From NCBI GenBank assembly GCA_043800755.1, contig JAZDMQ010000083.1, positions 1-24,620 of the forward strand: a stretch of 24,620 nt of DNA. The letters run 5' to 3'. This DNA is from a bacterium (GTDB lineage: Bacteria; Methylomirabilota; Methylomirabilia; CAVQYV01). The stretch's first letter is position 1, and the number at the start of each line of letters is the position of its first letter. This document shows, one piece after another, positions 24,596-24,620 of the stretch. The position numbers and the translations under genes are program-made. The notes below the pieces were generated by a model. The model was given only the letters and a program-made list of their open reading frames with translations. It searched no databases and had not been told where the DNA came from.

Positions 24596-24620
24596 ATGCG
24601 GTTTGTGGTGCATGAACACC
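24596..24620 (+). CDS. Start of probable LigD-type 3'-phosphoesterase (PE) domain protein, truncated by window end
   Basis: ATG 24596 reads MRFVVHEH, matching the FVV(Q/H)(E/K)H start of LigD PE domains; only 8 codons visible. Confidence 0.45.

Overview
GC-rich bacterial chromosomal segment with every credible gene on the + strand. The split ATP synthase operon, rex next to the Fo genes, c554-type cytochromes and LPS-core genes suggest a diderm, deltaproteobacteria-like organism (inference). Order: (1) 5'-truncated ApbE flavin transferase; (2) a periplasmic redox cluster with a Tat-exported gluconate-2-dehydrogenase-gamma-like subunit, a GMC flavoprotein with a 4-Cys motif, an unknown secreted protein and two paralogous tetraheme c554-family cytochromes, closed by a strong terminator; (3) orphan lpdA; (4) a GT-C glycosyltransferase; (5) mobB and an LPS core/surface glycan cluster (3 GT4, a CgeB-like GT, 2 LPS kinases, a WaaL-like ligase, a methyltransferase, DUF2079); (6) rex-atpZ-atpB-atpE plus terminator; (7) feoB, a DtxR-FeoA fusion and a DRG-like TGS GTPase; (8) the first codons of a probable LigD-type phosphoesterase. 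The best candidates for undescribed systems are the GMC/Tat dehydrogenase paired with His-poor tetraheme cytochromes, and a non-canonical Feo module (FeoB with degenerate switch I, DtxR-FeoA with an acidic degenerate HTH, and a tightly linked DRG-like GTPase). I recognised no CRISPR array, tRNA/rRNA or mobile element. Family calls are from motif recognition only; no searches were run.
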